This document shows positions 60,612 through 64,000 of a DNA stretch of 64,000 nt, one piece after another. Origin of the DNA: Podarcis cretensis. Its lineage: Eukaryota. Within the stretch, counting starts at the first letter, position 1, and every line of letters starts with the position of its first letter. The position numbers were made by a program, and so were the translations under genes. The stretch covers positions 93,496,001 through 93,560,000 of the forward strand of contig OX638149.1 in the NCBI GenBank assembly GCA_951804945.1, given 5' to 3'. The notes beneath the pieces are model-generated. The model was given only the letters and a program-made list of their open reading frames with translations. It was not told where the DNA came from and did no database searches.

Positions 60612-61913
60612 CTGGGGAGGGAAAAAGGAAAAGCATAGGATGGACCTCTCAGGGAGAAAAGAATCTAAGGAGACTCTGTTCACTTTTATTTCTGCAGGAG
60701 ATAATCCTTCAGAAGGAGTTTGCCCTCCTGAGAGAAAGTCCCCGGTAAGTATTTGATCTGACTTGGTTGGGGTGTGGTGGAAGGGTTGTCGTGGAGGGTT
60801 GTTTTTATTTTGGGGCGAGTTTATTTTGCTGTTTCTTTCAACTTCCCTGGAACAATTCTCGAGAGCTTGCTGCTCTTGCCTTAGCCTGTTGTGCTTTGGC
60901 CTCAGACAGACAAGCACCATTTCTTGCCTAGGGTTGGTATTAGCATTAGAGATTCGAAACGAAATTCTTTCTTGCTAACCTGATTAATGTACTAGAAAGG
61001 CAGCTCAGACAACAGAGGAACAAACCCGAGCCAATGGCTTCTTTGGGAATTACCACTTCTTGGAATGCATTTCCCAGGCAAAAACAACACTCTTTTGAAG
61101 GAAGCAAGAATGATATACATAGAGGGGGAGGTGAGCCTGCAGCTTTGCTTGCTGGATTTCAAAAGTGGAGGCAGCTTCCAATTCAGCGGCAATATTTTGA
61201 TATGGGTTAGTTCTATTGTCAGAATTTCCACTAGATTTTTTCTTCTTTCTCCTCTCTGAGGATAAGTGCTCCTGAGCCTTTCTAGCTTATTTAAAAGCAC
61301 ACATTTTATTCTCCAGACTGTATTTGTAGAGAGCTAGTTTAAAGATTGCTGCAAAAGGAATAGATATGTAATGGTGAATTAAGGAAGAAATTAAGGTACC
61401 GTAGATATGCAGTCAAAAACTGGAGTAGGAAGTACATAACCATCAAAGAACAAGATTGTGCTATGTATATTTGTAAAAGTCAAAAGGCTAATGAAGAGGA
61501 ACATACATGATGATACAGGTGGAGAGGGGAAACCTTGCTGGTTTTTAGTAAAACAAGGGGTGGCTTGGTGAGTGCTCATGTGTTGGAATGTCCTCTCAAT
61601 CAATTAAAAAAATTAATAGTGTTAATAAAAACGAGTAGTCATGGGGACAGGGTCTAATTGGGTCACTCAGCAGCATGACTAGTGATAATCTGGAAAAGTG
61701 TTCTGATTGAGGTTTTGATCAGATGAATTTATTTCACTATATACAGTTTTGCCATTTGTACAGATTCAAGGATGGATACAGGAATGCATTAGCATTGACA
61801 CCTGTGCAGATTCATAAGTTAATGCTGTAATTACCTTAAGGAATGAGCCAACACAATTTTGTGTTGTTCCCCTTAATGTCAATATCCACTGGAAGAAACT
61901 ATGGGCTAAAAAC

Positions 61914-62143
61914 AAGTCAAAGTGCAAGTAGATAAATAGGTACCACTCCGGTGGGAAGGTAAACGGCATTTCCGTGTACTGCTCTGATTTGCCAAAAGCG
62001 GCTTAGTCATACTGGCCACATGACCCGGAAGCTGTCTGCGGACAAACACCGGCTCCCTCAGCCTATAGAGCGAGATGAGCGCGCAAGCCCAGAGTCGTCC
62101 GTGACTGGACCTTCTGGTCAGGGGTACCTTTACCTTTACCTTT
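61914..62143 (+). mobile_element. 5'-truncated Sauria SINE
   Basis: gtgcaagtagataaataggtacc ... agagtcgtccgtgactggacc ... (ACCTTT)n. Confidence 0.88.
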
Positions 62144-62962
62144 AATGGTTTAAATTTTTTTATTAAGCCCTGCAAAACTGGTGTTTGGACCTAGATTATG
62201 TGATCATACTCACCCCCCCCTTTAAGTATTATAGGGAAGCAAGCTCACAACATTCCACCATGCCCATCAGGCATACCTGTTACAGTGAATATAGTGTCTG
62301 AAAAGGTCACATCTGTACAAAATGCAATGTGTGTAGGCCTGAAAAACAGTCAAGTTCCCTCATTCATTCTGGGAATTGACCAAATTGCTTGTTCTCACAC
62401 ATACAAGTTGGTTTATGTTTATTTGTGTGTACTCTATTCAAACATTATGTCACACTCGGATGCCTGACAGTACAGGTTTCCCAAATAGACAAGGTGGGAA
62501 GGAGTGATATGCAGGATTGAAAGCAGTGGTGGAAGAAGTTTAGCAAGGCCACATAAATCTCCTCAGAACTTGGGAGGTAATTGTTGCAGATTAATAAACA
62601 GAGAAAATCAAAGGTTCCAGAATAAAGTGTTCTGGGTTAATAAAAGTTATTTTCAGATATTAGAACCAGGGCTTCCAGACCTTTGTTTCATCTAGTAACA
62701 CAAATGAACCTGAGCTGCTAGTAGAAGGAAACTTCAAGGGGGAAAGTGATGGGCAAGGGAAGGTTTAAGCATTCTCTTTCTGCCTATCACTTATCTGCTG
62801 CAAGTTGCACCCGCCCAGAACTTCTTTGCAAGAAGCGATCGTGTCTAGGTTTGGAGGCACTGGAGCTGGAATAGGTAGTTCTGCCCTCGGCTGAAATGTA
62901 AACACACACTTGGTTAGGAGCAACTTACTTAGATTTTCAGTTCTATTCTCATTAATGAGATG

Positions 62963-63224
62963 CAGGGATGAGAGAGAAATTTGATTCAGTTCACATTTAA
63001 AGGTGAGCTTGCCTAATCCATACTTTCTGAAACCATGCACAATACCAAAATGCAGCCATCTTGCAAAATTCGTCTTTCTCTGAATTCTGCAGTGCAGTTA
63101 TCCCAGTAAGGACTGTTATTATTGTTATTTTTTAAAAAAATAAATAACTAACTAACTGATATGGAAAGCTGAATTTAAGATTGGAAAACTGGGAAACTGA
63201 AGTGGACAGATTCACCCATCCCTA
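62963..63224 (-). mobile_element. Non-autonomous hAT-like element, TAGGGATG-terminus family
   Basis: Ends cagggatg / catcccta; 8-bp TSD atgagatg (62955-62962) / acgagatg (63225-63232). Confidence 0.75.
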
Positions 63225-64000
63225 ACGAGATGTGTCTCAATCCTCTTTAAATTCCACAGTGATCCTGATATATGTGCTTTCTGGTTCACATCATACATTA
63301 ACTTAGAAGGAGAAGGGTTTCCCTCTTCTTCTGGCATTGATGTGTGTTGCTCTGCTAAGATGCATGAAATGATGCTAGGTAGATGCTATTTTTACTTTGA
63401 AAGAAAATAATTGCTCATTGGATAATGACAGATGTTTGAATGAATTCAAACAGAGTACAAAATAGGGGTTAGTGCTCAGGAGCATCCTTGGCATGCCTAA
63501 TGTACTAATCCTCATTTTGAATTCATCCAGGTTTTTGACAGCATGATGACACTTACCTGATTAGTGAACACTCCTGATAGGAGAGCAAAAATTCCCCTTA
63601 ACAGAAGTTCCAGTGAACATGTGCTGGATGGAGCAGGATTGCTGCTGCAGACTCAGCATTTTATGAGCATGTATAGATAATCCCTCCATGTAGAACTGTA
63701 CGTGTGGAGAGCTTTTTCTATGTGTTCAGCAGCTTCTGATTTCCAAGGAGTTCATGCAGGAGCTCACTGCGCATATTCACATGAATGCTTGTTGGTTGGG
63801 ATAGAGCCTGCTGAGGAAGTGCAAGTTTAATTGTTTTATTCATATCTGCGGTGCCTAAATATAAATTTCAAATTTCTAGATTTGGGCCTTCAAATTCACC
63901 TAACCAGCTAGTTGCTGTCAGAACCATGTCACCAGCACTGGATAGGCTGTTTATTTCCCCCACTATCAGATGGGTTTATGTTTCTCCATAGGCTATGCTG

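Overview
Vertebrate nuclear DNA, almost certainly a squamate and probably a lacertid lizard, judged from Sauria SINEs, a young BovB/RTE family, squamate L1/L2/CR1 and hAT/Tigger MITEs. Most ORF-track entries are noise. One protein-coding gene can be fully reconstructed on the + strand: seven coding exons from 36318 to 45337, 2076 nt, 691 aa. It is a divergent DNAJB2-type J-domain co-chaperone with an intact HPD motif and the C-terminal beta-domain exons. It apparently lacks the G/F autoinhibitory exon, and the UIM/CAAX tail is replaced by a ~530-aa exon built from 21/42-nt repeats, including a Trp heptad. The most unusual non-genic structure is a 1.42-kb CpG-rich, non-coding element at 49851-51269. 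It has split direct repeats (A1-B1A2-B2) and the same TTT core at both ends and at the internal junction, which fits a very young non-autonomous Ngaro/PAT-type tyrosine-recombinase retroelement. Also present: a full-length BovB one base from intact, a BovB copy with a perfect 73-bp fold-back, SINEs with three different tRNA heads on one CR1 tail, nested TEs, and tentative micro-exons of an unidentified minus-strand gene at the right end. All comparisons were made by eye and from recalled family knowledge; no database was searched.
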